In this document: in pieces, positions 12,606 to 26,450 of the stretch
Position numbering within the stretch: position 1 is the first letter of the stretch
How the letters are laid out: every line of letters begins with the position of its first letter
Source: Centroscyllium fabricii
Taxonomy: Eukaryota
Length of the DNA: 64,000 bases
Direction of reading: 5' to 3'
Assembly (NCBI GenBank): GCA_051313645.2
Contig: JBNRSN020000026.1
Location: forward strand, 78,306,001 to 78,370,000
The notes under the pieces: model-generated
The model's input: only the letters and a program-made list of their open reading frames with translations
The model's database searches: none
What the model was told of the DNA's origin: nothing
Made by a program: the position numbers and the translations under genes

Positions 12606-14324
12606 AATCTGTGACTGTTTTACTTGTAGTTTGTTTTGTACAGATTAGAGGGGATAACCCAAATCTATATTGTACAAGTGCAGTTATATATAGTCTGTGC
12701 GTTAGCATTTTTGATGTGGTGAATTTGCCGTTGCTGTAATTAGCCTTGCTTTACCATGTGTATTTAAAGGATAACATGTCAGTGACTTTATATTTGTTAC
12801 TGTATCGATGTCATTTCTTGTCAGTAAGAAATAGTTTCGAAAAGGAGCTGTGTGTAGTCACAACCCGTGTACAGATTATTAATGTGTGTCTCGTATAAAC
12901 TCCTGTTATAGTTAAATATATAAAATGGTGTTCTGGTGGAAGTGTTGAGTGTAACTTCTATGTACATTTTTTGATATTTAAAAATGGACCATTTATGTCT
13001 GTTCAGTTGAGTTTTTGCGCTTTAATATGAAGGATGTGAACTGTTCTGTGAAATAAAATTAGTTTTTTTTTCGTTATTGTGCCTCGCTATCAAAGCTTAT
13101 ATTTTGTACCACACACACACAGTACAATCATAACATATCCCTCAACGAAAACATAAAACGCCGAGACTGATTTTATGAGTCAAGACCAATTCCTCTGCCA
13201 GACTAACCCAATTAATGGAACATTTTCGTTCTGACTAATTCCCAGTTTTGCGCCCCAGTGTATAACACTCGACTCTTTAAAGCTCGCTCTCCTGATTCAG
13301 CAGAACTCGACAATTACACGCAACAAAGGGACTGGAAGCATCCCGAACCTTGGCGTGGGAGGTGTAAACCTCTCTATGTCTAAATAAAGATATAACACTT
13401 TGTGAAGACAGTGTAGCTGGATTAGGCGTCGGGTGTCAAGGCAATGTATTTCAGCGGGTGCATAGTTCGAAAATTACTCCTGCATGATGCATTTAATATA
13501 TGCATTGTACGTAAATACACTTTACATGTCTAACATATCTGCCAATGAAATATTTTTGTCGAAAAGCAAGGGTAACTATTCTTCTAACACACATTAACAA
13601 TATATGACATGGGTAATACAATTTTCACATACAAGCGATTGTAATCTTTTGCATAATAATTAACTAGTTCTGTTATTTTAAAAATCTGACGATTATTATA
13701 ATTTGAATGTTCTCTGATGGTGTTCCAGGCGCATTGCGCTTTGTCGACACTGGAGGTAAATTCAGTCAATTAACCAGGGCTGGAGATTCCGGTCGGCTCA
13801 CCTTCGCTTTTGCCCCTTTCAGTTTTGGGGTATATAGGACGAGTGAATCCTTCTGACTTGATCAAAAGAACCCGGTCTGCTTTTATATTAAAGACGCGCC
13901 GTTGTTCCTTCAAAAGTAAATGTCAGGGTAATAGGGATTAACATTTATTTTTGAGAAAATAATAAGTCGAACTGTGAAAATCGTCTTTTAAAATGAAGCC
14001 AGGCAAATTTCGTTAAACGAAACGTTTAATCTACTTCTGATAAACTAAATTCATAATTTTACATCAGATGTTTCAAATTGCGCGGCTCGCAGACGCACAG
14101 AAAGAGGAAAAAGTCCAGAACTATTTGCTTTTCGCAAAAGCTATTTTTTAATTTTATGCAGTTACCCTTCTTTCTACGGAAAGGGAGGGGGGTGAAGCAC
14201 AAGGAGAATTGGGCTGCGATATAATCTGGCATGAATAAAAAGACAATCCATGTAAAGCTTGACGTTTTGTAAGACAGCATTTAATTAAAAAAAATATTCT
14301 TTTTGCCATTTTGCTTTAGCACAA

Positions 14325-14510
14325 AACATGGCGGCGAGGGGGCCTGTTGTTAGTAGTCATGAAGAAATGCAATAAATTCCTTGTTGTTTTATGAAAATTT
14401 ACAACTTTGTGATAGAACTTTATGAGTGGATCGGTCCTTCGATTGGCCGCTGCCGGTCATGTGGATAGCAACCGTGAACATGAACTTTTTATGATTTCCC
14501 ATGTGAGTAT
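14325..14510 (+). promoter_or_regulatory. Conserved Hox7-Hox6 intergenic element (four-cluster-sequence type), candidate distal promoter
   Basis: YY1-like AACATGGCGGC, CTCF-like CGGCGAGGGGGC, GCAATAAATTCCTTGTTGTTTTATGAAAATTTACAAC block, ATTGG-N11-CATGTG. Confidence 0.7.
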
Positions 14511-14620
14511 ATTGCAGTATTCTTTTGGCCACCGTACCTTGGGTCGGTCCTGTGTCCTCCTCAGGGCTTCTATCGGGTTTTTTTTCAAACTTTGATAGTT
14601 ACTACTGGAGGTGCAAACAT

Positions 14621-14660
14621 ACACACACACACACACACACACATACATACACACACACAC
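14621..14660. repeat. (CA)n microsatellite
   Basis: Direct reading. Confidence 0.95.
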
Positions 14661-15727
14661 AAAGTAAACACGACTTTAAAAAAAAAAATCTACCACTTGT
14701 CTGTCGATTGGGAATTTCAGCAATGGATGGACTGGCGCGAGTCTCAATGATGTGGATGATATCATTTTTCAAAGAGACTCGAATTCCGATTTCCCGTGTA
14801 AATGACAGCTGCATGAACCCGGCCAGTCTGCGGCCGCAGGTTAACCGACGGCTATCCGTTTGGGACAATATTGTCGATGAAAAAAAAATCGCGCTGGTTC
14901 CAAAGTGAGAGGCGGCAGATCGAAACAAAATCACAGATGATGCTGCAAAGGGGTAAGGCCAATGAATATTTGCACGTTATATAAAATTGATGTTTTCCCA
15001 AATTCGACGAAATGATTTTTGTGCTGTAATTCAGCAAAAAAAAAATCCTCGTGGAAAATAATTAGAGACTTGTTGATGTCAGTTGGACAGTATATTTATT
15101 GTATTTTATTCTAATGAGCCTGTGTTTAGAGACTGTAATGTGATGCAGCTGTGAAAAATTATTTCTTCAATTTCACTGAGACCGTGAGGTTTTTGGCATG
15201 GCCTTTCTGTTTTATATTGTCTGTTACATAATCAGCGAGCCAGTTATCCCGCGTAACTGTGGCTTGTTGACAAATCTATAGTTGTGTTTGGGGACGAGTG
15301 TTCTGTTACATGGTAATGTTAAATGAGCTTGGTGATTGTCAATCTTTTCTCGAGGGTCGCTCATTGCGTGAACAGTTTTATCGGGAGCTGCAATTAGGGC
15401 CGGCAGTGTCACCGAGAGTGACGCACTGACGTATTATAATTGTGTTGTAATAGTGCCGCTTTTCCTCCTATTGTGTCTCACGATTGTTAATAATTTGTTC
15501 TGAGTCGAGCATTCGGTGCTGGAGTTACAAACTCATACGCTGACGCTGTGCGACAGGTTTTTTTTTCTGTTGGAGAGCATTAGGGTTTCAACTTACACCC
15601 ATAGTGGATAACAGTACCATGATATAATATAAGATGGCGTTTAGATGATCGTGGTTTAGAATGTTTAGCGACCAAGAGGCCCAGTAGCTCTGCACTGATA
15701 TCATATAAATCTGCCAGGGCTTTTGCT

Positions 15728-15755
15728 GGGGGGCGGGGGGGGGGGGGGGGGGGGG
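15728..15755. repeat. Poly-G tract
   Basis: About 27 G with one C interruption. Confidence 0.95.
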
Positions 15756-18700
15756 CGAGGGTTCTGGCTCTCTGCTGCCACCTTGCGTTCCACTTGGCCG
15801 AGGAAGTCGGCAAAAATGGAGCAAAAGGCGACCCTGCTGCATTGTATCTGCAGAATATGGAAAGGAACTGAGCGGCATAAACCAGCACCGACGATGTATA
15901 TTTATGTATCGTCTGGGTGTGTGCCTGTGCATGCGTATTTATATATAACTAAAAGTTCGCAGCGATTTTCATTATTGGTCTCTGTGCTTTTCAGTAGCGT
16001 GCTGCCTATTTGCTTTTTTCCTCCATTTCTGTCTGTCTCAATGCAACAATTGCACTAACTAGAATGGAACTATTCGTAATGTGGGGTTACGGGGATAGGG
16101 TGGGATGTGCAGGCTCGATAGGGATATGGGGACAAGGCAGGGACGGGGTACTGGGTTTGGAAGATCAGCCATGATCTAATTGAATGGTGGAGCAGGCTCG
16201 AGGGGCCGAATGGCCGACTCCTGCTCCTATCTTCTATGTCTATGTCTATATTAATTGTTTTTGATTTTATTTTGTTGGCCGGTCTGTTCAAAGAAAAACA
16301 TAAGCTCAGAGTATTTGAAAAGGGGAAGATATAGTACACCGCAACCTTGTCGCAGTGGTGTGCACGAGTGTAAATTTGATTGTGATGGTCTGTTAGCGGC
16401 TCTCCCAAATGCTCTACTGTAATAGCAGCCAATTCCTATTGAACAGATGTGCCTTTTGGAAGAAATTCCAGAGTTATTGACGAAATCGAATTTTGTGTCA
16501 AAGTTAATCTGCAGTTGCGATTGGTAAAATGCCTGTGCAAACACATCTCATAGGAGCAAATTCCTGGCTGCTTCCTAATAGCAGTAAGTTGATAGCAAGG
16601 CCTGAATTTGCTGTTTATCCCTGCACAGATAGCAATGCTGCAAGTCAGTCCTGTTATGTGCAAGGCCTGTCATGTAAAGCGTAACCAGACCGCTTATAAA
16701 CGAATTTCTGTCTTTGATGTCCCGACCTATTGCAATAAACAAGATCCACAAAACTTCCAACGCCCCCTTTAATTTTACCTTCCCACACATTGAAAGGGGA
16801 TTTTAAGCTCTTTCCCTGACAAAGAGATGTTGAAATTGACACCCAAAGTAAATGGCGATCTGCGATGACCAATAAAAGGGAACATTGTTAGGGTGGTGGG
16901 AATATCTATCTAAGACTTAAAGCTAAAATATTTGGTGAAAAGAACAACTATCAAATTGTATTCGAAAATATGTCTGATTCAGCAATCAAAACTTAGATGA
17001 AAACATTTATATACCGGATTTATTTAAATGACAACTATGAGATTCCTTGGAAACTCAGCGTTGGAACAATTGTGCTGGGAAATAATTATAATCTTACAAT
17101 TTTTGTTCTGTCTGGTTTTATAATTCCAACTCTGCTTATAATGAACTTATTTTTTTTAAATAATTATGAATAAATAAACCAAATCTTATATTGATTGGAA
17201 CGCACCCTTGTAGCTTACAGGAATTGAGGCGATAACATCAGACGGTATCAATCATTTAAAAAATGACACAATTAAAACAAAATGAATCTAAAGTTACAAT
17301 AAAGCTATGTACTTGGGGACCAAACGTCTAAAAAATTGAAAGAAAGAATGTTAAGCAAAAGAACCTGAACACCAGATAGCAACTGATTTGAGTCGGTTGT
17401 CTCCGAGTACTAATGTTATTTGAAAGGTTGCAATGTATATGCAGAGTCTTCATATCATTGCTCTTTAAAGCTCTCTTGGAAATTAGAACAAGGAAGTAAA
17501 AAGAATAGAAAGTAAAAATCTAAGATTTAAGTTGGAGACACTTGGTTTGAGTGCAGTAACCGTCTCTTCAAGAAGTAATGCCAGACTGGGAATCCAACAG
17601 ATAGGAAAAGTTTCGTCTATGCTTACTCACCCTGCTCAAACAGACACGTTTACAGAACAAGAAAACTACCCGCATCTGAAAATGAGCCAGTACCAAGAGG
17701 GAAGCCTTTCTTTAATTTCTGCCATGTGCTCACTAATCAGTTTATGATTCTTTGAAACAGATGTTTGAAACCAGGAAGTGGTGCGTTCCAGAGGAACTGC
17801 TAAAAATAAATCCTAAAGTCCAACGCAAACTCTCTGACACTTGTAACATTTAATAGTTATAAATGGTAAAATAATTATACCTTTAAAAATATATTTATGC
17901 GTTTTCATATAAAGTGAAAATGGCTAAAACTTGGTTTGATTTTTTTTAAACTCGCTAATCACACATATGGACACAACATGTCTGTATTTTTTGACTAAAA
18001 ACCATCTGGTGAATTTCATGAATAAAGTATAAAGATTTATACATAGAAAAGCTGAAATTTGAATAAAATACACATTACGAAAATTCATATATTACAATAT
18101 CAAACTATTTTATTTCTATAACGCATAGTTTAAGAGTACAATACAACATAGATCAGAAGAGCAACATTGAATGTTATCTAAAGTACTGTGCACCAATCTA
18201 TAAATATAGGCGTGTATCAGTTTACAGTCTGTGTAGTCCTGGATATCAACCGGCATCGATTAAGTACTTAATGTAAGTGACTTCAAGTATTCGTACATAT
18301 GTGTTTAAATACACGGAATAGGTCTGTAAATGGTGTACTCACTGAGCTAAACAAAGTACATATAAATATCGCCATACTTCTGTCAGCCAAACCCGTTCTT
18401 GCTGCTTTTGGGCGCAGACACTGTTTTGTTCGGTCACTGTCTAACAAGTTGGGTTTCTAATGAATTTTAAGCCATTTTCTGTGTTGTTGCCCGTTTGTCT
18501 TTGATACCAAACTTTTTTCAAAAACTCTTCGCAGATGTTATTCCGGGAACTTTTAAATATAAAATTGTAGATTCTTCGTAGCGAATGTTTGTGTCCAATT
18601 CTGCTGCTGACGCCCTCCCGGGTTTTTGGTCCAGTTGCATTTTTCTCTTTGGAAAGTTTCTTCCGTTCGCTTTGTGGTTTCAATTAAAGATTAAAAGTTG

Positions 18701-19492
18701 GTATTTTGATCCCCTTTTCGAGTGCCTCAAAGTTAAACCGCATCGCATTCTTACACAGCGAGAAAACTGTAACACAAGCACAACAAACGACTATCAGGAA
18801 CTCCTCAGTGCATAATACACACGCAACCGAGATATTTATACACACACCATGCAATATGCGAACGAACCTCTTATGGTAAATAACATGGGGAGCTGGAAAT
18901 ATCAATAGAAACATTTTATATGTAAAACAGACCGAACGCATCTTCAATTACACAATCACAATGCAAGCCAGACCGGTAAGAAACCTCCGATTGAAACGGG
19001 AAGAAGCAATAAAATCGAGTTAATAAGTGTTTAGTGAATTATTATCGGAATGCACGGATACTGGATGGAGTGTTATTGGTTCAGTTTGAGGGGTAGATTG
19101 TTTCGCTGCTTGCACGGGCTTGTAAACTAATGTTAAATAGATGCAGAACTGTGAGCATTCTTATGCTTTTTTTTATCGCTTTCGCTACAGAGTGAATCTG
19201 AAGATGCTGTGTTTCTGTTGATTATTTTTCTCTTTCTCTGTCTCTGTTTGGGACGTTTCTCCATCACATGTGCCGGTTTCTGCTAGCATTTCTGATTCAT
19301 GGATAAGTCCCTCATGGGTGCTATTTTCCTATCAAACAGTATTGCCATTGGTCAGTGGATGATCAGATGGTTATATTTCCTGCTGTCCTTCCTGGCACTT
19401 GGCCATCCCGAATCAAACCCATCTCGGTAACTGCTAATAGCACAGGCACTTGGGCTAATACATAACAAATCATAACAGAGCGCAGCCAACAA

Positions 19493-19925
19493 ATGAGTTC
19501 GTATTTTGTCAACTCGACTTTCCCGGTGACTCTTGCCAGTGGGCCGGAGTCCTTCCTTGGGCAGATTCCGCTATATTCCTCCGGTTACGACCCTATAAGA
19601 CACTACCCGGCCACATATGGGGCTACAAGCATGCAGGATAAAAGCTACCCATCACCCTCTTACTATCAACAAGCCAACGGCGCGTATGGGTGCAACCGGG
19701 CACCCTGTGATTACGGTGCCCCCAGTTTTTATCGGGAAAAAGACGCTCCTTACGGCGCCTCCTCCGCCAGCTCCAAATACCACTCACTTGAAGACCCAAC
19801 GCATTTTAACCCCGACCAACGCAAATCCGAGTGCGCACAAAACAGAATGTTATATGGAGAGGTGGACGATCAGAAGAGTTCGCTTCCCGTCTACCCCTGG
19901 ATGCAGAGAATGAACTCAAGTGGGG
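19493..19925 (+). CDS. hoxb6: Homeobox protein Hox-B6, exon 1
   Basis: [32 protein letters not shown] start (Hoxb6-type); VYPWMQRMNS; donor G|GTAAGT at 19926. Confidence 0.96.
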
Positions 19926-20494
19926 GTAAGTTTGCCCTTCAATACTTTTTAGTTTCACATATTTGTTGAAAATAAAAACTTTATAACGCATGCTTACATT
20001 GAACATAGTGAGAAAGAGCAGAGATGAGCACTTAATCCCTTAAACCCCCTTTCTTAGAGCCGAGCATTTAACATTGAATGGTTTCAGGAGAGTTTAATAC
20101 ATGTCACTGTGTCGGGTTTCACGTTAAAATATGAATTACTGCCTATTTAGAGATTCGGAATAATTCATTAAAAGCCAACGTCTGGAAGATAAGCATAATA
20201 TGTTTGTGTATATAAAATGTGAGTCTGGTCTCCACTAACTATGGGGCAAGATCACTTGTTCTTTCCTGAAGATTTGAAAGCACAGCTGCCAGGCCCACCG
20301 CTTATAAAGTCTTAATCGGACAGAATGTAGCCATAACATGAATGGGAATCATGACTTATAGCGTTTCAGATCGAAAGTGCTCATCAAACAGTCTATTATT
20401 AAACTGAGTAGCTTAACATACAACGTCCAATATAATCAATGTGATTCACTTGTTATTTATCTGCTTCAGTATATTTCCATATTAAGTGTAATAA

Positions 20495-20815
<321 letters not shown>

Positions 20816-22939
20816 AAACCACAAGAGATAGAATGAGAAGGGAACGCTGTGCAGTTCTTTATTTAAAAAAATGAATAATGAATATTAAAAGTTTACATTG
20901 TGTTTGCTGTTGCACCAGTGGAATTGTACATTTCTGGATGTGTTGTAAAATTTATTATGGAGTTATGCATTCCTTTGGTCTAGCTAGGCAGGCATTGTTT
21001 TCACCTTGGTGTCAATAGTTTAAATACACTGGGAGTATTCCATGAATTCTGTATCTCAAGTGAGCTGCTGCAATATTGTGAATTTTCTTTGAGGTTATTC
21101 CCAGCTCTCTAGCTAATTAAGGTGGATGGGTTTTTTTGTGCACTGTGAACACCAATTTATTTTATGTATGTATGCGTGCGTGTGTGGAAATGTGTATGCG
21201 TGCGTGTGCAAATTACACAATGAGGTCTAAATATTGTATTTTGGATGGTTTTCGCGAGGAAAATAAAAGCAAATTGTCCTAAGAATTGAGTAAGAGGTTA
21301 TTTTTTTATTTGTGTTTTTGGTTAAATGACCGTGATTGTGTTTGTAGCGTGTGTAATGAATTTTTTAAAAACTGAAGCATCCGTATCTGGAATGATAATA
21401 AAAGTTTTTCTAAAAAAAATCAATACTGTGTATTTTTCAATTCGAGAATCATAACGTGCATTGATGATCTGAGAGAGAGAGAGATGGTAGAAAGACTAAC
21501 ATTTTCAATATCGCTACTCATTGCTTATCTAAGTCTAGGTTGCAATCTATCACAAAACAAAAGTTGACAATCCTCATTGAATTTCTCGTAATTGATTTAT
21601 CTCTATGATTTCCCTTCAAAACTTATTTAAATTTCATTCCAGTAATCAGCTTACTGCCGCTTCTAAAATCAGACTGGATTATACAAACACTACTTGGCAT
21701 TGGCTAGGTTTGCAAAGCTTTGAAATTCACAACCAGATTGTTTATTACAGAGAGAGAAAGCGAAGGATCTTGCGGCTTTTAACAACTGCCTGTCTTGGTT
21801 TCAATTATTTTATTCACTGTTACACGGTAGCCGTCTTGTTAAATGCGCGACCCATTTATGCCATCGTCTTGGTAAGGCGCATTTTTAAAGAAGGGGTTTG
21901 AGTGCAAACGTCCTGTAGTCGTAACTATGCAGCCCGCAAAAATCCACCAGATTCAGTCTGGTAAATATTCGCATTTAAATCCTTCCCCACACAATAATAA
22001 AACATTTTGCCACAAAATACTGAAGTCGCTCTGCTAATTATTCACCGAACCCTCTAGGAGGTGAGTTTTACTGAAGGACTTGTGCCGATCCGGTAAAATA
22101 TCGTCTAACGATCCTGAGGTTATATGTATACAAAATACAGAGGAGAGGATTCGTCTCTCCGGAATGTCAATTAATATTATTCATTTAGCATTTAAGTCAG
22201 AATAATTACACGGTAATTTTAATAAAGGAGATTAACTCCGAATAGTCGAGGTGGTACAAAGTAGTTCAAACGTGTATTTTCTTGAGTTAACTCCTTCAAA
22301 ACAGAGTAATGAAAATGAATGTGCTATGCGCACAGCCCATGGAACATAAAGGAGTGCACCCAAGGTATAAATTATAACTTTCTAAGATTCAGTCTGCCCC
22401 TTGTCTCGAAAGGATCTGTGTAATTTTAAGAACACAGTTTTTTTTAATGGACAGCATATTTTATTCGCACACATTACCACATTTCAGAACGAACTTCAGT
22501 CCCGCAAACACACTGGAACTATAACATGTAGCAAACATTATAGCTCACATCGACAGCACCAAGCGTAAGTCAATGAACGCGTACATTTAACTGACTAGTC
22601 AAGGATGGCAAGTTAATTGTTTTTAAATGTATCTGGTCAAAAAACGAAATAAATTGCTCCACTCCAAGTACAGCTATAAAACGTGATTTCCAATTCAATT
22701 GCAAGATAATTGAATTGCCGTTTTATGCTTAGCATTTTTGATTTTTTATAGCGCTTTTAAACAAATGCATTGTCAAAGGTTAAATAAAATAGGTAACAAA
22801 CTGTAATACAATACTATAATTTATTGGTTTTGAGGTAGGTACATTTAAACGGTAACTTTCTGTTGTGTTATTATTAATATAATAACACCAAATGTTAATA
22901 TACAAACAATGACTATAATTCGTGTAATTTAGGCGGAGC

Positions 22940-22953
22940 CCAGTAGGTGGCGC
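22940..22953 (+). promoter_or_regulatory. CTCF site at the Hox 5|6 boundary
   Basis: CCAGTAGGTGGCGC matches the CTCF core, about 290 bp upstream of the Hoxb5 ATG. Confidence 0.8.
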
Positions 22954-23009
22954 ACTCTGCAAACCTGGCCACCATTTGGAGCCTTGCATTCACATGGCGG
23001 AACGATTCT

Positions 23010-23130
23010 CGGATCGTCATTATTTGTAACCATAGAGCATGAATTACCCCTTGAGGTCATCAGTGAGAATTTACGACTGGTCAACAAAAGCACGTGATTC
23101 CGACTCGCACCCCCCATATTTGGCCGCATA
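23010..23130 (+). promoter_or_regulatory. Conserved Hox5 upstream/promoter element
   Basis: CATTATTTGTAACCATAGAGCATGAATTACC..TGAGGTCATCAG..TTTACGACTGGTCAACAAAAGCACGTGATTC, recalled as shared by Hox5 paralogues. Confidence 0.7.
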
Positions 23131-23238
23131 CAGAAGCGAACGAAGTACAGTCATTTCTATAATTCATTAATATATCATAAATCGTGCAGGACTGGGTTAT
23201 AACGACTAACAACCACAAATCAACCCAAAAAAACCCAA

Positions 23239-23773
23239 ATGAGCTCTTACTTTGTAAACTCATTCTCCGGTCGCTATCAAAATGGCCCGGATTATCAGTT
23301 ACTTAATTATGGGACGAGCAGCTCCGAGAACGGACCATACAGGGACTCAGGCACCATGCATTCGGGCACTTACGGCTACAACTACAATGGTATGGACCTT
23401 AGCATCACCCGTTCAGCCTCATCTAACCACTTTGGAGTGGTTAATACAGAAAACTCCAGAAGCTATCCTCCAGCTACAGAAACCAGGTTCAGGCAAGCAG
23501 CGAGCTGCACCCTCTCATCTCCAGAACCCCTTCCTTGTTCCGGCAAAGACAGTCACGGAGCCAAGGGTTCCCCATCCGACCCGACTACCTCCTCTAGTTC
23601 AGCAAGTAATTTTACAGAAATGGACGAGGCCGGAGCATCCTCGGATACCGAAGAGGGCACTCAAGCCAACAACAACAACCATCCCAGGGCACAGCAAGAA
23701 CCAACACAAGCAACAACACCAGAGCAGCAACCACAAATATTTCCTTGGATGAGAAAACTGCACATTGGCCATG
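23239..23773 (+). CDS. hoxb5: Homeobox protein Hox-B5, exon 1
   Basis: [25 protein letters not shown] start; QIFPWMRKLHIGH; donor G|GTAC at 23774. Confidence 0.96.
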
Positions 23774-24205
23774 GTACACTTTCAATTTCTGTTTTATCAC
23801 TCTAAATATTGCTCTGTGGTCAGGTAATTCATGGCGTCCTATTGTGCAACCTGGGTGACAAAAAATGTGAACAATTTGTGTTTTATTGCTCGACAGAAAC
23901 TTAACTAAACATTTTCCGCAAATTTAATTTAAATCTGTAAACCACAATGTTATAACGTGCATGGAAAAAATAATGCGCAAGTCGACCAACAAAATTCGGC
24001 AAATATTAAAATAATCGTCTATAATGCGGATAAATTGTAAATAGTTTATGATATCTATGATGCTAGTGTACAGAAAGCTGTGATTTGTATTACACGATCA
24101 GCATAATAACAAAGAGCACTGTGCAGTCACCCTGGACAGTCAGCTTTGCTGTGACCCATTTTCCATGGGTCTGTTTGCAATTTCAGACATTTAAAAAAAA
24201 AGGTA

Positions 24206-24264
24206 TGTGTGTGTGTGTGTGACTGTGTGTATCTGGTGTGTGTGTGTATGTGAGTGTGTGTGTG
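24206..24264. repeat. Imperfect (TG)n in the Hoxb5 intron
   Basis: Direct reading. Confidence 0.9.
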
Positions 24265-24519
24265 CAGATAATTAGAAGCACAGCCGTCAAGACACAGGTT
24301 ACATAGTCAGACAATGAAAAGGAAAATGATAATTAATAGCAATTCAGATTGGGGACAATGTACTTTCATTTTGACATATATGGCCGGAGAGGCCCCGGGG
24401 AAGGGGAATGCTACAACTTCCAAGGTCTTAAATTCTGATTTTTTAAAAATGAATCTTTTTTTTAAAGGGGATAGATAATTTAGCATGGATAAAAAAAAAC
24501 TGCCTGTATTTATTAACAG

Positions 24520-24770
24520 ATGGTGTGGGTGGACCGGACGGGAAAAGAGCCAGGACTGCTTATACTCGTTTTCAAACGTTGGAGTTGGAAAAAGAGTTCC
24601 ACTTCAACAGATATCTAACCCGGCGGCGGAGGATAGAGATTGCTCATGCTCTGTGTCTCTCAGAACGGCAGATCAAGATTTGGTTCCAGAATCGACGGAT
24701 GAAATGGAAAAAGGACAACAAGCTGAAAAGCATGAACATGACGGCCGGAGCAAGCGCCTTCCAACCCTAA
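24520..24770 (+). CDS. hoxb5: Homeobox protein Hox-B5, exon 2 (homeodomain)
   Basis: Acceptor CAG|24520; [19 protein letters not shown]...[10 protein letters not shown]...SAFQP; TAA ends at 24770; about 261 aa spliced. Confidence 0.95.
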
Positions 24771-26289
24771 CACACAACATGTACAAATAACAGACACCCC
24801 TGCATCAGTACTGTACAGCGAGGCACCTTTTCCCCGCGTGTTGTTAAATATTAAAGACGACCTAAACTTTTCTGTGGTACTGCTAATAATTTTTTCTTCT
24901 TTTTATTCTGTTGTGTTGTCCTTTCGCTGTTAAATGCTTATTGCTGTCTTACATATGTCTGTGTCAGTGAACTGTTGGTGCTTTCTGGAAAAAAAGTAGC
25001 ATGTTTTTTTGTGGATTGTAAATGGTATAACTTATTTATAATTGACACAAGTTGTACAATTTGATCTTCCTTCCCTCCCCCACGCTGATAAAAAGCTAAA
25101 CTCTTTGCTGTTGCACTATCGCCTTTCAACAATATATACACCTTGTAAGTTTCTGTCCTTATGCTGTCCGTGATTTTAAGCAACGTCCGTATGTCGAAAT
25201 TCCATGTAGAATTCTAATCATTGTTAATACATGTGGATAGATTCTAAAATCAGCGATGATTGTACACGATTATTTAGTGAGTTATAATGGTTGTAAATAA
25301 TACAAAAAAAGTTTATAATGTTGCCTATAGCTAGTCTGTAATGGGCAGAGTGATGAATGGCATATTTTCTGTGGAAATCAACGACAACTATGTCGAGCTC
25401 CCGCAGTATGTTGCCAACAAGCTTTTTGTATCTGTTTGTAGCTTAATTCGAAATAAAGTAAAAGTTTCTCATAACCAGCCCTGATCTCTGTGGTGTAATA
25501 TGTCGAGTGTGTATAAGCTGGCATCTTATCACTTGGTGCAATACGGGTTCTACAGCATCTGGGGAATCCCTATTGTTAGTATCTAGTACAATAAATATTA
25601 TCAGGCGTGTTACATTTGAATATTGCTACGTGTTTTGTGATATCTTAACTGTGCATTTTATGAAGGCACATTAACAGCGTACATAATGATTTTTTTTATT
25701 AATTAGCATCTATGATTGCTTCTCGTTTTTATATTTTGTAATTAATTCTATAAACTATTATTAGAACGTAACTTTACCTGGCTCTATTAGGTAACCTTTC
25801 ATCTTAAACCCTAAAGGTTATCTAACTGTTACTGATTTGCGTGCGCCGCTGGGTGTATCTCTCTTATACTTTGAAGACGGCATTTGTGTTGTTTAACTTC
25901 TTTGATTTGGACATTTCTGGATCTAACTGAACTCGGCATCCTCTGGTTAAGCATTTCCACAGGATTGTTTTGTATTCGCTCTTGTTGAGTATATTCGATA
26001 AAAGGGGTCCTCAGACTTGGTTTCTACGCCATGCCCCCAGAGAGTTGTACAGTAACAAGATGTACTGTTTAGAAGTTTGTCTATACAACAAACTGCACGC
26101 GCTCTTTTTGTAAATCTGGCTTCATTTGTGTGCAACAGGTAAACCTTAGTTTAAACTCAACTTACCAAAAGAACGTCCACGTGCTTATCTGTAGTTGATA
26201 AGTCACAGAGCAAATGTTAGCTCTATCCTGCTCCCCTTGTGAATATAGCAAACTACATATACAAGAAGTCGGTATGACATTGGGATGTC

Positions 26290-26450
26290 AAATGAATTGG
26301 GTATTTATCTCAAAGTTAGATCGTAAAAATCGCCCATACCGCAGGCAGATACCCCTACTGGCTCTCAAAAGTCACGTGGGGTCGTTAAAGTTAGTTTTAT
26401 GGTTGTGGGGAGTTGACAAGGTACAATATATTTCACATTCTGTATAATGT
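26290..26450. promoter_or_regulatory. Conserved element 3' of Hox5, candidate bidirectional promoter
   Basis: ACTGG-N11-CACGTG followed by GGGTCGTTAAAGTTAGTTTTATGG..GGGGAGTTGACA; TCGTAAAA upstream. Confidence 0.6.

Noticed and set aside
13924-13930. Other CAGGGTA miR-10 seed matches (also about 57835)
   Set aside because: Not in an evident 3'UTR
14525-14934. 127-aa and 110-aa ORFs in the 7/6 interval
   Set aside because: Kept open by a (CA)n microsatellite; no recognisable homology
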